Source: the human T2T-CHM13v2.0 reference genome, Homo sapiens. From it: a DNA stretch of 64,000 nt. Shown one piece after another: positions 63,091-64,000 of the stretch. The stretch lies in NCBI RefSeq assembly GCF_009914755.1, contig NC_060929.1; one strand, given 5' to 3'. The position numbers and the translations under genes are program-made. Each line of letters starts with the position of its first letter. Positions within the stretch are counted from its first letter, which is position 1. The notes under the pieces are model-generated. The model worked only from the letters and a program-made list of their open reading frames with translations. It ran no database searches and was not told the DNA's origin.

Positions 63091-64000
63091 CATACCTCTC
63101 CGTCAGTTTCATGGCGGGCCAGGAGTGGGGGAGGGGGGTGGTTCCCTTCATGGCAGAGAAGGCTCATGAACAGGTCAGCTCAATACGAAAGTTCACTTGC
63201 ATGCTTGCCCTCCTCCTGGCCCCGGCCCACACCATCTGAATACATACCTGAACAGGGCATTTCTTCCAGGTGAGGTAATTTTATGTGATGAGGCAATTAA
63301 ACTGAGTGGTTAAGAGATGACTTTTGGAGAGAACCAGTTTGAGATCCAAATCCTAACTCCAGCACCATCAGATTGTACGAGCTGATGTGAGTCTCTTCAC
63401 CGGCATGGGACCCATGGCCTCACCTGTGCAATCTGGATAAGGCTCCTCAGCCCCCAGGTTTGCCCGAGGTCTCAGTGCATGAGCATATTCACGCAGGACC
63501 GGGCTCTAGGTGAGGGCATATTGAACAGACGCTCCATGCTGAAAGATGTATGTGTAGGTGGGTTACAGAGCCCCATCCCCTGTCTTCCAAGTTCCTGCCG
63601 AACAAAAGTTGAGTTGTCTACTCTCTTCCAAACTCCATCCAGGAAACACAGTGAACATTCAATAATAACCCAGCGTTTCCTCAAGAGGATTTATATATCC
63701 ATCAGGAGAGCTTATGAAGTCAGGTTGGGGTTTTTTCCCCTGAACTGTGGCTATGTTTGGAAGCTGGTTTGTGGTGTGCACACATGCCATCCTCTCAGCC
63801 TGCCTGGCCTCTGAGGGCTCCACACCCTCTCCCTGAGTTCTGCTCGGTGGCCACTGAAACAACAAACATCCCTCCACTAGTACACAGGGAGCTAGAGACA
63901 GGCCAACTCTGACCAATTGCCACTGTTTCCAAGTTCACCCAGCAAGCTCGCTGGCCCTGGTTCATGTTCTTCTGAGTTTCAATGGGGGGCGAGACTGAAA

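Overview
Human/primate euchromatic DNA rich in Alu, L1, L2, MIR and LTR repeats. It contains one intact 4-exon gene on the + strand whose spliced 172-aa product I recognise as SMIM23 (CDS 28181-28285, 32538-32589, 32790-32857, 33103-33396; all GT-AG, AATAAA at 33423). From memory this places the window at 5q35.1 between FGF18 and FBXW11; I could not verify that here. The rest is repeats, including solo LTR12F, PABL-like and MER31 LTRs with intact TSDs and a decayed ERVL provirus, interspersed with repeat-free, homeodomain-motif-rich blocks that look like developmental enhancers. The most interesting unexplained signal is at ~38046-39420: three collinear, splice-site-bounded, stop/frameshift-ridden segments that align by eye to SMIM23 exons 2, 3 and 4. 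This is a candidate decayed tandem paralogue, implying a two-member SMIM23-like family. Part of it was recently copied 1.17 kb upstream as a 131-bp templated insertion. There are no prokaryotic-type systems, CRISPR arrays or tRNA/rRNA genes. Repeat subfamily names and most repeat boundaries are by eye and approximate.
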